A stretch of DNA of 64,000 bases from a virus. Made by a program: the position numbers and the translations under genes. The stretch covers positions 1-64,000 of the IMG/VR virus record IMGVR_UViG_3300012006_000002; one strand, given 5' to 3'. Numbering within the stretch: position 1 is the stretch's first letter; every line of letters begins with the position of its first letter. Of this stretch, positions 1 through 9,328 are shown piece by piece. A model generated the notes under the pieces. That model worked only from the letters and a program-made list of their open reading frames with translations. It had not been told where the DNA came from and ran no database searches.

Positions 1-147
1 TCTCAATCTGGTCCTGACACAATTTTTCTTAATCTTCCGACAGCGTCGTCATCTGTCCGAGGAGCATTGAGTTCTACGGACTGGACGACGTTCAACAGTA
101 AGGCTAGTGCTAGTCGGGCAGTTGCATTTTCAATATTTTTTCGATAA
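1..147 (+). CDS. 3' end of a tail-fibre-like protein (partial)
   Basis: Frame 1 is open from base 1: ...LNLPTASSSVRGALSSTDWTTFNSKASASRAVAFSIFFR-stop. The ending parallels the fibre at 9329-12568 and is followed by the same 120-aa gene type. Confidence 0.7.
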   Translation, partial: SQSGPDTIFLNLPTASSSVRGALSSTDWTTFNSKASASRAVAFSIFFR

Positions 148-159
148 AGGATTAAAAAA

Positions 160-525
160 ATGGCCGCACCAAATATCGTGTCAGTCGCAACGATGTATGG
201 GAAAACTGTAGGACTTGCAGTTCCTATTACCGCAACCGCAATTGCCTCCAATGCGGCAGCATCAGGAAAATCTCTAAAAATTAATTCTTTAATTATTGCA
301 AATGTTGACGGAACAACAGCGTATAATATTACTGCTGATTTATATAAAAATGGAACTACGTCTTATAGAATAGCCTATTTAATTTCTGTTCCCGCAAACG
401 CAACGTTGGTTTTGCTATCTAGGGAAAGTGCAATATATCTGGAAGAAGGAGATAGTATTCGATTAACCGCAAGCACCGTAAGCAAGCTTGAGGCAGTATG
501 TTCTTATGAAGAAATTGCGGTGTAA
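160..525 (+). CDS. Small beta-sandwich virion/fibre adaptor protein; paralog of 12581-12940
   Basis: MAAPNIVSV...SIYLEEGD...CSYEEI aligns end to end with 12581-12940; AAGGA SD upstream. Confidence 0.75.
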   Translation: MAAPNIVSVATMYGKTVGLAVPITATAIASNAAASGKSLKINSLIIANVDGTTAYNITADLYKNGTTSYRIAYLISVPANATLVLLSRESAIYLEEGDSIRLTASTVSKLEAVCSYEEIAV

Positions 526-528
526 TAT

Positions 529-1311
529 ATGTCTTTTTTTTCAAATAACGCAGGATACATAGGGTCAAGTCAGCAAAAAAGATCAAACAACATTGACGTT
601 GTCGGCAGAGCAAATTTCGGTGTTGTTTCTTCGGGCCTTGTTTTGCATCTTGATGCAGGAAATACTGCAAGCTATCCGGGTACCGGCACAACATGGACTG
701 ATCTTAGCGGATCTGGAAATAATGGCACTCTTGTCAATGGGGTTACTTGGAGCGGAACCACAGATGGAGGGGTAATGATATGTACCGCCACATCCAGTAC
801 AGTTGGACAATATATTCGAACTGCGGGGCCAAATCTTTCCACGACAAATCATACAATTATGGCAGGAACAAAAATTTTTAACACGGCCATTCAGGGGCGC
901 GTGGTGAGTGGAAGATATAATAATTTTTTATTGGGATATCATGGCGGAGGATATGGAAGGTATTATTCTGAAGGATGGATTAACGATCTAAGTGCAGGAT
1001 TAGGCACAAATATTACCTATCAAAACAACGATACAAACTGGAGAATATTTACTTGCACTGGAAATTATACTTCTGACAGTTGGGCTTTATACGATGGACT
1101 TGCTTTGAGTTTTGGCCCTAACTCTTACGGGTCGCAAGGGCCAAATGCATTTTATCTTGGAACTTTTAATGCTACATCCGAATTCTCAAGTTGTTATATA
1201 TCATTTGTATTAGCATATAACAGAGTGTTGTCTTACGCCGAAATAATGCAGAATTATTATGTTTTTAAAAATAGATACCCGTCGCTGTACACAACAGATT
1301 ACCCGGTATAA
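529..1311 (+). CDS. LamG/concanavalin-A-like lectin domain virion protein
   Basis: GLVLHLDAGNTASYPGTGTTWTDLSGSGNNGTLVNG start and YNRVLSYAEIMQNY end are typical of phage ConA/LamG domains. Confidence 0.85.
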   Translation: MSFFSNNAGYIGSSQQKRSNNIDVVGRANFGVVSSGLVLHLDAGNTASYPGTGTTWTDLSGSGNNGTLVNGVTWSGTTDGGVMICTATSSTVGQYIRTAGPNLSTTNHTIMAGTKIFNTAIQGRVVSGRYNNFLLGYHGGGYGRYYSEGWINDLSAGLGTNITYQNNDTNWRIFTCTGNYTSDSWALYDGLALSFGPNSYGSQGPNAFYLGTFNATSEFSSCYISFVLAYNRVLSYAEIMQNYYVFKNRYPSLYTTDYPV

Positions 1312-1321
1312 GAGAAAATAA

Positions 1322-2548
1322 ATGATAAAAAACGGCGGAATCATTGGACCACAGAATCTTCCCTCGCAAGCATCTGCGACAGGGTTTGCTCCTGTGTCAA
1401 TTTCAGGAATATATGATTCTTTTCAGGCATACAATCATGTCAGGCAAGCGACGTGGCCTCAGCAAATTCGCGCAAATTGGACATCTGTCACTCCGTCATT
1501 TACTCCCACCGAAGGAACGGCTTTTACCGTAAAGATCAATTTATCCAAAGCGACGGCTGGATTAACATTACATTATACAATTGTTTCATTAACAGGATCA
1601 GTATTAGCAGCAGATTTTACTGATGGATTAATGACTGGAACATTTACCACATATTCCGAATGGGGAACAACATCTTCGGGAGAATTTACAAAAACGTTGG
1701 TAAGTGAGGATGGAATAGAAACTGATTCATTTTATATTGAAATAAGACTTGCAAATTCTTCCGGAATGTTGTTGGCAACCACATCGACAATAACTCCTAT
1801 AGATTTTCAAAATACTACTGTTTGGAATTTTTTCAGCAATTCTGCCCCCGCAGGCATAACCACGAACACTGCTGATCCTTATGTTTGGAGTGGATCCGCA
1901 TATCAATATGGCTGGAGTTCCACATACGGATTAATGACCGCGGGTTCTGCTACTTTTGCCAGACAATATGTAGTTGGACCAACTCAATCATATGTTGGAG
2001 ATTACCTTATTCAGGCATCTTTTAAGTGCCCATCGAGCAATGCACCAGATCCCAGTATTGCAATTTGGCCAGTAGCAAATGGAAGAACTAATGCCTCAGG
2101 CCAGTCCTCGGCATCTTATGTATGGGGTGCCAATACCAGCAGAATAGCGGTAACTGCCGGAGTTGCAACCAGTTCCTCTAATCTTTTTATTTTTGGCAAC
2201 AATAATAGCGCAAACCCAACCGAAGTTAGCGCATCTTTGGGAAATGTCGGTAGCGGAAATTTTAACTTTGTTGCGGGAACATGGTATACGTTGCATTTTT
2301 GGCACCTACCTTCACTATCCACCTCAAGAGCCGCTTGTACCATTGGTCAAGACGACTGGACTGTTTCAGGGACTCGTTTCCATAATCCATCTACCCTGCT
2401 TCTTGGAAGCACCATCAGCGCGACAACGCAGTTTTATTATTCTTCGAGTACTCAATATTATGTAGGTATATCTAGCGACTGGAACCAAGGATCTTATCCG
2501 CAACCAACAGGGATGAATTTTAGTGGAATGAGGACATCAAAACTTTAG
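1322..2548 (+). CDS. Putative receptor-binding virion protein (Ig-like plus lectin-like domains)
   Basis: NGGIIGPQN leader, EGTAFTV...FYIEIR Ig-like segment, S/T/G/aromatic-rich C-terminal half; similar layout to 14473-15519. Confidence 0.55.
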   Translation: MIKNGGIIGPQNLPSQASATGFAPVSISGIYDSFQAYNHVRQATWPQQIRANWTSVTPSFTPTEGTAFTVKINLSKATAGLTLHYTIVSLTGSVLAADFTDGLMTGTFTTYSEWGTTSSGEFTKTLVSEDGIETDSFYIEIRLANSSGMLLATTSTITPIDFQNTTVWNFFSNSAPAGITTNTADPYVWSGSAYQYGWSSTYGLMTAGSATFARQYVVGPTQSYVGDYLIQASFKCPSSNAPDPSIAIWPVANGRTNASGQSSASYVWGANTSRIAVTAGVATSSSNLFIFGNNNSANPTEVSASLGNVGSGNFNFVAGTWYTLHFWHLPSLSTSRAACTIGQDDWTVSGTRFHNPSTLLLGSTISATTQFYYSSSTQYYVGISSDWNQGSYPQPTGMNFSGMRTSKL

Positions 2549-2629
2549 TAGCATAGTACATTGTGTAATCACAGACAAGACATTGTTACTCTGAACAAGA
2601 ATGATATATTTAGAGCAAGGGAAACAAAA

Positions 2630-2995
2630 GTGGCACAAGCATACAAAAGACTCGGAACAATAACCGCAACAGCGGCCGGTAGTCCTGCTGGATCAACAGC
2701 GAATTTGTTGCACACATGTACTGGCACAGCAAGCATTGCCAGCACCATCGTTGTATGCAATACAAGCGGATCATCTGCTACGTATCGCGTCTGTGTGTCT
2801 GCGTCCACGAGTTTTCCTACAGGTTCCGGAGCAAATGCTTATGACGGATATCTTGCATATGACGGAACAGTGAATGCAAATGATTCGGTATTTCTTACCA
2901 TCGGAGTAACTCTAGACGCAACGAATAAATATCTTCTTGTTTCATCAAGTAGCGCTTCAGTGTCATTCAGTGCATTTGGAGTGGAAATGACGTAA
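2630..2995 (+). CDS. Small beta-sandwich virion protein
   Basis: GTG start at 2630 after AAGGGA SD; MAQAYKRLG...STIVVCN...VSFSAFGVE; distant relative of the 160-525 type. Confidence 0.7.
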   Translation: MAQAYKRLGTITATAAGSPAGSTANLLHTCTGTASIASTIVVCNTSGSSATYRVCVSASTSFPTGSGANAYDGYLAYDGTVNANDSVFLTIGVTLDATNKYLLVSSSSASVSFSAFGVEMT

Positions 2996-5322
2996 TGGTA
3001 ATAAAGACTCTTTCTTCATCTGGGCTAACCATTGCAGCAAATATTGCGGCAGGAACAGGACTGTCTGCGTCTATCTCAAATGGAACGACAACGCTGTCCC
3101 TGACGAATACGGGAGTTGCAGCCAGCACATACCGGAGCGTGACGGTAGATGCCAAGGGAAGAGTCACAGCCGCAACAAACCCGACGACGTTATCGGGGTA
3201 CGGAATTACGGATGCTCAGTCTCTCGATGCTGATTTGACCGCTATCGCAGGACTCGTAGGAACGACTGGTTTCCTCAAGAAAACCGCGGCCGATACATGG
3301 GCATTAGACACCGCAACATACTTGACGGCAAACCAATCCATCACCGTTGACGGAGATGCCACGGGTTCCGGAGCGTCAGCGATTACCTTGACGCTGGCGA
3401 ATACGAACGTTACCGCAGGATCGTACACCAATGCAAACATCACTGTTGACGCAAAAGGACGCATTACCTCAGCAACTAGCGGAAGTACGGTAGGCACAAC
3501 AACGAACTCGCTCACTGCTGGAACTGGATTATCTTTTGATTCTGGCACTACGTTTAATGGGTCGGCCGCAAAAACTCTTTCACTCAATGCAAATCAAATA
3601 TTTACGCAAATCTCCGGATCCAATGCAGGCAGTGGAGTCACTGATACTGCTGGCAGTCCTTTGACGCTCCTTGGCGGAACCAGCACTGGAACTGCTGCCG
3701 GTGGTGCAATCATCTTCCGCACCGCTGCTGCTGGCATAACCAGTGGCACGACAGAGACTTCTGCGTATGAGCGCATGCGAATCACGCCTGCCGGAGATGT
3801 TGGAATTGGAACAACAGCGCCTTCGTCATCTTTGGAAGTGCGCAAAAATTCTTCGACACTTGGCGCAAATTTGATTTTAAATAATACTGATGGATCTACT
3901 GGAAGTTCAGTAGCAATACGATTTGCACTTAATAATGCGTATACTGCAGAAGTACGCGCAGTTCAGACCGATATAAGTCAGTTTACTGGAAACGTTTCTT
4001 CGGGTTCGGGGACTACAGACTTGACTTTTTCTACTTTTGGAGGATCCGGAAATCTCGCAGAGCGTCTAAGGCTAACCGGAAGAGGTGTATTGCGCTTTCT
4101 GGGATCTACAGCCGGATATGTAGGAATCACTTCTCCGGCGACTGGAGACAACACTACCTACACCCTTCCTGCTTCCGCACCATCTGCCGGACAGTACCTT
4201 CGCTCCGATGGAAGCAATAATTTATATTGGTCATCGTTTGTTTCTGCGCAAAGCACTTCCAATTTATCGGTTACTTTTGCTGCTGCAATATCTGCATACG
4301 ACACTGCAACTTCCATAGCCACTTCAACATGGACGGGATCACAGGCCATCACTTTGGACCTTCCCAGTACTGGAGTGACTGCGGGATCGTACACCAATAC
4401 GAACATCACTGTTGATGCAAAGGGAAGAATCACCGCAGCGGCAAACGGCACGGGAGGCGGTGGCGGAGGCGCATCCCTTTCTGTTGGATCTTCATTACTC
4501 TTTAACAGCGGAACAACATTTGACGGATCTGCTGCAAAAACCATTTCGATCAATCTTGCCAATGCCAATACTTGGACAACGGCGCAAACGTTCTCTTCCG
4601 GATTCATTACCAATGGCGTACAAATAACCGCTATTGAAAATCCTACAATTGATCTTGGAGGAAGAACCGGTGGATTAACCCCTCTCGTCAATGATGGATA
4701 CGACAAGGGAATTACTTTTCAGTGGCATAATGGAACTATTGCAAAAAGGGGATTCTTTGGGTTTCAAAGAACAACACAGAATTTCGTCTATATTCCAGAT
4801 GCCACAATAACTGATGGCGTTGTTTCGGGAACACAGGGAACTGTGGTTGGCGTCAATCCTGTTACCCAAGGGCAAATTTCTCTTTCGGCGCAAAACCAAT
4901 GGACCGCTGAACAGAACTTCACTGCCGGAGTCAAGATTTCGGGAAATACCAGCACCTCTCCTTCTCCCGGATTTATCTATGACTCCATTATTCCAAATGC
5001 TATCTCTTCACAATTTGATGGCGTCAAGACAGTTTTTGCGTTAAAAAAAGATCAAACAACCATACTATCAATTGTTGACTCAAAAGACTTGGAACTGTAC
5101 ATCAGCGGCAGAAGACTGACTCCATACGTGAAAGAAATCTCATATCCTTGGATCATGGATTATGATGGATATCGTGGATATCGCGTCAGAAATGGTAGAA
5201 TCACTATATACAATCCTCCCGACGCTGGGGAAAGCTCCTATTCTGTCATAAATAAAATAAGCATTACACAATCAAGCAGAAAATATCCGTTCAGTTCATG
5301 TACAATAGTGCTGGGCGATTGA
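2995..5322 (+). CDS. Tail-fibre protein with VDAKGR repeats
   Basis: Three (A/G)xYxxxTVDAKGR(V/I)TAA fibre repeats, ERMRI...GDVGIGTTAP motif, modules shared with 9329 and 27731. Confidence 0.85.
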   Translation: MVIKTLSSSGLTIAANIAAGTGLSASISNGTTTLSLTNTGVAASTYRSVTVDAKGRVTAATNPTTLSGYGITDAQSLDADLTAIAGLVGTTGFLKKTAADTWALDTATYLTANQSITVDGDATGSGASAITLTLANTNVTAGSYTNANITVDAKGRITSATSGSTVGTTTNSLTAGTGLSFDSGTTFNGSAAKTLSLNANQIFTQISGSNAGSGVTDTAGSPLTLLGGTSTGTAAGGAIIFRTAAAGITSGTTETSAYERMRITPAGDVGIGTTAPSSSLEVRKNSSTLGANLILNNTDGSTGSSVAIRFALNNAYTAEVRAVQTDISQFTGNVSSGSGTTDLTFSTFGGSGNLAERLRLTGRGVLRFLGSTAGYVGITSPATGDNTTYTLPASAPSAGQYLRSDGSNNLYWSSFVSAQSTSNLSVTFAAAISAYDTATSIATSTWTGSQAITLDLPSTGVTAGSYTNTNITVDAKGRITAAANGTGGGGGGASLSVGSSLLFNSGTTFDGSAAKTISINLANANTWTTAQTFSSGFITNGVQITAIENPTIDLGGRTGGLTPLVNDGYDKGITFQWHNGTIAKRGFFGFQRTTQNFVYIPDATITDGVVSGTQGTVVGVNPVTQGQISLSAQNQWTAEQNFTAGVKISGNTSTSPSPGFIYDSIIPNAISSQFDGVKTVFALKKDQTTILSIVDSKDLELYISGRRLTPYVKEISYPWIMDYDGYRGYRVRNGRITIYNPPDAGESSYSVINKISITQSSRKYPFSSCTIVLGD

Positions 5323-5343
5323 AAATATTTCGGGGAGAAACAA

Positions 5344-8175
5344 ATGGCAAAGCATGTAATTTTGGAATCATACTCATTTACTCCATCTACAAGAACCATT
5401 GTAGTAAATGGTAAATATATCCGTGCCGAACAACTTCTCCTTGTGACAAATGTTACGAGAAATATTGTCATTTATAATTTTAGTGATCCAGATCTGGGGT
5501 TTACCGCATGCACGCCAACAGCGACGCTGGGTGTGGAAACAACCACCATCGTGCTGGCATATAACACGACTGCTCATTCTTCGACTGACAAGTTAAGCAT
5601 TCTTTTTGAGGAGACGTATTCTGAAATTACTCCGTCAGAAACGCTCATGGACCCTGTTGGCAAAATGCGGACAAGCACTCCTCAGTCGCTGATTGATACA
5701 GACTTTGAGTATGGCACGCAACCAACCAAGTGGGAAAGTATTTCTACATTGAATTTGCGACCAAGCGCATTTTATGATGCAACCGTTCCGCTGCTCGGCA
5801 TTTCCAATATTACATCCTCTGGAACTACCGTAACGGTGACGACAACTAGCACACTCGGACTAGCCGTTGGAACTCCCTTTTTTATCATTGGCACATACGA
5901 CACGGCAAACGCCGACGGATGGTGGGTAGTAGATACCATTTCAACCAATGTGTCTTTCACCTATCGTACATTTGTTGCTCCCACGCAGATTTCTTCTACG
6001 TTATTTGACTCATCAAAAACGTATGTATTTGCTGGAACGTTCTATACTGGATCATCAATTCCTATTGCGGCAAATGCAGGTACTGCGATGACGCTGAATG
6101 GAACAATACTGACTTGCACAACAACAAATGAGCATGGGCTGAATGTCGGCAATCACGTATTTATCGTGGGCACAACCGGCGTTACTGGAGTCAATGGAAC
6201 GTGGGCTGTTGCCACTACTCCTACGAAAAATACCTTCACTATCTCCACTGCTCTTACAGGAACAATTACAACTACCACGACTTCGCTCTATTCAAGAACT
6301 CAAGGGTATGTCACACACAGAGCATTTGACGGCGGTGTGCAGTTCAGCAATCAATTGGCATCACATGGATATCAAGTAACACGACAAACAAGAAGGTATT
6401 TTCGATATCAGTCAGGAAAAGGTATTCAGTTTTCTACTGGAACAATTTTCAAACCTTCTCTGCAAGTTGATACAATTACCAGTTCTGGAACAACTGTCAC
6501 TATTACGACAAAATATCCACACGGACTTGCTCCCGGAGCGTATATCAGTGTTTCAGGATGTATTGAAACCGCATATAACGGTATATTCCTTGTTGCCACG
6601 GTGGCTAACGTACTTACATTAACGTATACCGCTGCCACCACTCCTTCGGCGGCTACAGCCACATCCAACGCAACAAGCGGCATTTTTACGGTTGCTCCAT
6701 CGTCATGGTACGGGAGCGCCAACCGTGTCGGAATGTTTGATTATCAAAATGGTTTCTTTTTTGAATTTGATGGACAAACCCTTTATGTTGTAAAAAGAAG
6801 TAGTACGACTCAGTTAAGTGGAACAATTGCTGTCGCTAACGGATCTTCATCAATTATTGGGACGGGAACCGCATTTGCAACTCAACTAAAACCCGGAGAT
6901 TATGTCGTAATTCGTGGAATGTCCTATCTTGTTTCAAATATCAGTACTGATACTGCCATGAATATTTATCCAGAATATCGAGGCACAACCATTGTTGCCA
7001 GAGGAATTCTTTCCAAAACTCTCGAAGTTCGCGTTCCTCAGTCGCAGTGGAATATTGACAAAGCGGACGGAACTGGCTATAGCGGATTTACTCTTGACCT
7101 TTCTAAAATGCAAATGTTTTATATTGATTATTCTTGGTATGGTGCTGGAGCGATTCGATTTGGATTCAAGAATAACCGCGGTGAAGTTATGTATGTGCAT
7201 AGAATGGTCAATAATAATGTCAACACTGAAGCATACATGCGGTCTGGAAATCTTCCGGCTCGATATGAAGTAAATACAATTGCTCCGTATACGTACTTGA
7301 CGCAAACGCTGGCAAATACTGCTCTTTCAGGATCAGATCTTTTTGTTTCCGATACATCGCGTTTTCCTGCATCGGGAACAGTTATCGTATATAACAACAC
7401 CGTAACAACCGGCGCAATCGAATACATTACCTATTCTGGGAAAACTACTACTTCGTTAAATATTACAGGCCGCGCAGCAGCCGGAGGAAACGGATCAGCG
7501 CAAACGTTTACGTATTCTGCCGTTGCTCCACAAAAAGTGGAATTGTACAGTCCTGCACAGGCTAGCACCATTTCTCACTGGGGTTCTGCCGTTTCCATGG
7601 ACGGAAGATATGATGATGACAAGTCTCTTGTGTTTGCCGCTGGTGTAAACACACCGGCTATATTCAATAGCACGATTGTTCGTCGTCCGCTTATTGCGCT
7701 ACGAGTTTCCCCTAGTGTGGATAATGGATTTATTGGACTTCTCGGCCAAAGAGAAATTGTCAATCGCATGCAGTTGATCTTGCGCCAAATGGACGTGTAT
7801 ACCACGCTCGCTTTTTTCAAGATTGATCTTGTTCTTAATGGAACATTTGGAGGAACACTCCCTGTGTGGACAGCCGTTGGCGGCAGTAGCCTTGCGCAAG
7901 TTGCATATTTTACCAATACCGACAATACTGTTCTCTCTGGAGAAACCATTTTGACATTTTTTACCAATCTTGGCGGAGTAACACAACAGGAATTGGCACT
8001 TGTCCGGGATATGGGAAACAGCATTCTTGGTGGAGGAAACACTAATTCTCTTGGGAGTGTGTTAAACAAATTTCCCGATGGTCCTGACGTGATTGCCGTT
8101 TGCGTTGCGCCGGTTATTTCTACAGCAAATGCGTCGATTATCACTCGACTGTCTTGGACGGAAGCACAGGCGTAA
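5344..8175 (+). CDS. Large virion structural protein with three HGL-type beta modules
   Basis: 943 aa; DPVGKMRTSTPQSLIDTDFEYG, RQTRRYFRYQSGKG and YIDYSWYGAG motifs typical of aquatic phage virion proteins; GGGGAG SD. Confidence 0.75.
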   Translation: MAKHVILESYSFTPSTRTIVVNGKYIRAEQLLLVTNVTRNIVIYNFSDPDLGFTACTPTATLGVETTTIVLAYNTTAHSSTDKLSILFEETYSEITPSETLMDPVGKMRTSTPQSLIDTDFEYGTQPTKWESISTLNLRPSAFYDATVPLLGISNITSSGTTVTVTTTSTLGLAVGTPFFIIGTYDTANADGWWVVDTISTNVSFTYRTFVAPTQISSTLFDSSKTYVFAGTFYTGSSIPIAANAGTAMTLNGTILTCTTTNEHGLNVGNHVFIVGTTGVTGVNGTWAVATTPTKNTFTISTALTGTITTTTTSLYSRTQGYVTHRAFDGGVQFSNQLASHGYQVTRQTRRYFRYQSGKGIQFSTGTIFKPSLQVDTITSSGTTVTITTKYPHGLAPGAYISVSGCIETAYNGIFLVATVANVLTLTYTAATTPSAATATSNATSGIFTVAPSSWYGSANRVGMFDYQNGFFFEFDGQTLYVVKRSSTTQLSGTIAVANGSSSIIGTGTAFATQLKPGDYVVIRGMSYLVSNISTDTAMNIYPEYRGTTIVARGILSKTLEVRVPQSQWNIDKADGTGYSGFTLDLSKMQMFYIDYSWYGAGAIRFGFKNNRGEVMYVHRMVNNNVNTEAYMRSGNLPARYEVNTIAPYTYLTQTLANTALSGSDLFVSDTSRFPASGTVIVYNNTVTTGAIEYITYSGKTTTSLNITGRAAAGGNGSAQTFTYSAVAPQKVELYSPAQASTISHWGSAVSMDGRYDDDKSLVFAAGVNTPAIFNSTIVRRPLIALRVSPSVDNGFIGLLGQREIVNRMQLILRQMDVYTTLAFFKIDLVLNGTFGGTLPVWTAVGGSSLAQVAYFTNTDNTVLSGETILTFFTNLGGVTQQELALVRDMGNSILGGGNTNSLGSVLNKFPDGPDVIAVCVAPVISTANASIITRLSWTEAQA

Positions 8176-8933
8176 TGTCGAAAAGGGATTACATCAAGCA
8201 CTACTCATCGCCGAATGAGCCATCTGACGCTCAGGCCGGTGATGAGTGGTACAACACTGCAAAAAATAAATTGTACAAAAGACTTATTGATAGCGGAACA
8301 ACAACAGGGTGGCTTGAACTTTCACAAGATAGAACTGTGTCTTCAGGAGCATCATCGGCGATTTCCACTGCCATAGCTGCAACTCCTAGTGCAGTAACAT
8401 CCATTGTCACTATTCCCGGAACGAATTTATCCAACAGGATATCGTTTTCAAACATTCCTTTAACATATAAAAATTTGCAATTAACGGGAAATGTTGTTAC
8501 AACAGGTACTTGGGCAAATTCTAATCTTTGTATAGATTTTTATAAAAGTGGCTCCAGATTAAATTTTTCTTGGATGTGGGGAATGTTTTATAGTTCTGGC
8601 GCGTATAGTGGAACTAATTCTGGAAATAATAATTATGCATATTTTTGGGCTGCTGGCAGCTATGGTAACTCAGCAAGCACCAGTGGATCAATTCAAATAT
8701 TATTTGCTGATTATGTAAATCAAATTGGATCTCATGGAACTATGAATTTTACTCATGGATACAACTCAAGCGGCGGCGCTCTGTTATCAAATTTTGCTTT
8801 TACTAATGCTGCTGGTCAAACACGGCAGGGTTTTGATAGATTTGATTTGTACTGGACAACCGCGCTAGGAAGTGATGGCGGAACGCACTACTGGTCAACA
8901 GATACCAAATTAACGCTGTATGGATTATTGTAA
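8175..8933 (+). CDS. Short fibre/receptor-binding protein
   Basis: ATG at 8175 overlaps the upstream TAA; AGDEWYNT anchor motif; ISFSNIPLTYKNL...LTLYG domain shared with 15919 and 27731. Confidence 0.65.
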   Translation: MSKRDYIKHYSSPNEPSDAQAGDEWYNTAKNKLYKRLIDSGTTTGWLELSQDRTVSSGASSAISTAIAATPSAVTSIVTIPGTNLSNRISFSNIPLTYKNLQLTGNVVTTGTWANSNLCIDFYKSGSRLNFSWMWGMFYSSGAYSGTNSGNNNYAYFWAAGSYGNSASTSGSIQILFADYVNQIGSHGTMNFTHGYNSSGGALLSNFAFTNAAGQTRQGFDRFDLYWTTALGSDGGTHYWSTDTKLTLYGLL

Positions 8934-9322
8934 TGAAAAAAATTGTAGCAAACTGCGAAACGGGAGAAATTGAAGAAATTGAACATGATGAATGGGTGGA
9001 ATCTAGCGATGTACTCCCAATCATTGAATCTATTCCACAGCAAGAATCTGCTGCATTGCTTTCTGCACTTTCTGTCTTGCAAGAAAAAGTATCGCAAATT
9101 AATGAAATGCAACAATCCATCATTTCTTCGTTATCACTTATTGCAAATGCCGGACCTGAAATTCAGATGCCAGATTTTTCTGGTGAATTACCTCCTACCG
9201 GCGAAGGCAAAGGACTGATCACCATTCAGCGTGCGGAAGAATTATTTCAACTTGAAGCATCCAGACTTCTTTCATCATATAACAAGCAAATCATTGATAC
9301 TCTACAAAAGCCTTCGGAGTAA
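8933..9322 (+). CDS. Putative fibre assembly chaperone
   Basis: Acidic, helical; NCETGE motif shared with 16512; directly follows a fibre tip gene. Confidence 0.5.
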   Translation: MKKIVANCETGEIEEIEHDEWVESSDVLPIIESIPQQESAALLSALSVLQEKVSQINEMQQSIISSLSLIANAGPEIQMPDFSGELPPTGEGKGLITIQRAEELFQLEASRLLSSYNKQIIDTLQKPSE

Positions 9323-9328
9323 TACGTA